A stretch of DNA of 62,430 nucleotides, filler included, from Rhabdomonas costata (Eukaryota), in the NCBI GenBank assembly GCA_019059605.1. It is 19 parts of 19 records of this genome, joined end to end, with 100 filler letters (N's around TTAATTAATTAA, not from the genome) between each part and the next. Parts side by side here need not be neighbours in the genome. Positions count along the whole stretch, not along the records: positions 59,250 to 62,430 come from JAHMHO010001223.1; 18 more parts are not named here. One strand, given 5' to 3'. The position numbers were made by a program, and so were the translations under genes. The notes beneath the pieces are model-generated. The model saw only the letters and a list, made by a program, of their open reading frames with translations. It was not told the origin of the DNA and ran no database searches. Positions within the stretch are counted from its first letter, which is position 1. The number at the start of each line of letters is the position of its first letter. This document shows positions 62,414 to 62,430 of this stretch, one piece after another.

Positions 62414-62430
62414 GGTTTGGCACCCACAAC

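Noticed and set aside
1-62430. A multi-gene system (kinase + PARP + helicase + transposase, and others)
   Set aside because: The genes lie on separate, similarly sized contigs, so their order is artificial.

Overview
This window is not one locus. It is 19 unrelated contigs of about 3.18-3.27 kb joined by 18 artificial 100-nt linkers (N44-TTAATTAATTAA-N44), so nothing can be inferred from adjacency across linkers. Most contigs begin with G/T-only and end with C/A-only bases, and three have terminal fold-backs; this is the pattern expected from whole-genome amplification with K-random primers. The DNA is eukaryotic, with GT-AG introns, polypyrimidine acceptors, microsatellites and TTAGGG repeats. 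A 27-nt sequence resembling the euglenid spliced leader occurs twice, so the source is probably a euglenid (inference). Gene fragments rebuilt exon by exon: Stealth phosphotransferase, DEAD-box helicase, hybrid histidine kinase, plant-type arogenate/prephenate dehydratase, tankyrase-like PARP domain, giant Cys-rich GCC2/GCC3-repeat protein, qRRM protein, divergent PP2A B56 subunit, bacterial-type alpha/beta hydrolase and several orphans. Mobile DNA: an intron-containing Merlin (IS1595-like) transposase between ~290-bp direct repeats, two decayed CRE/SLACS-like reverse transcriptases and a decayed Ty3/gypsy integrase. The best leads are the candidate SL-RNA gene, a protein with two copies of an unrecognised ~200-aa domain, the Merlin element and a contig that closes on itself (3,077-bp unit). 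I found no evidence for a complete new multi-gene system. All family calls rest on motif recognition by eye, not on database searches.
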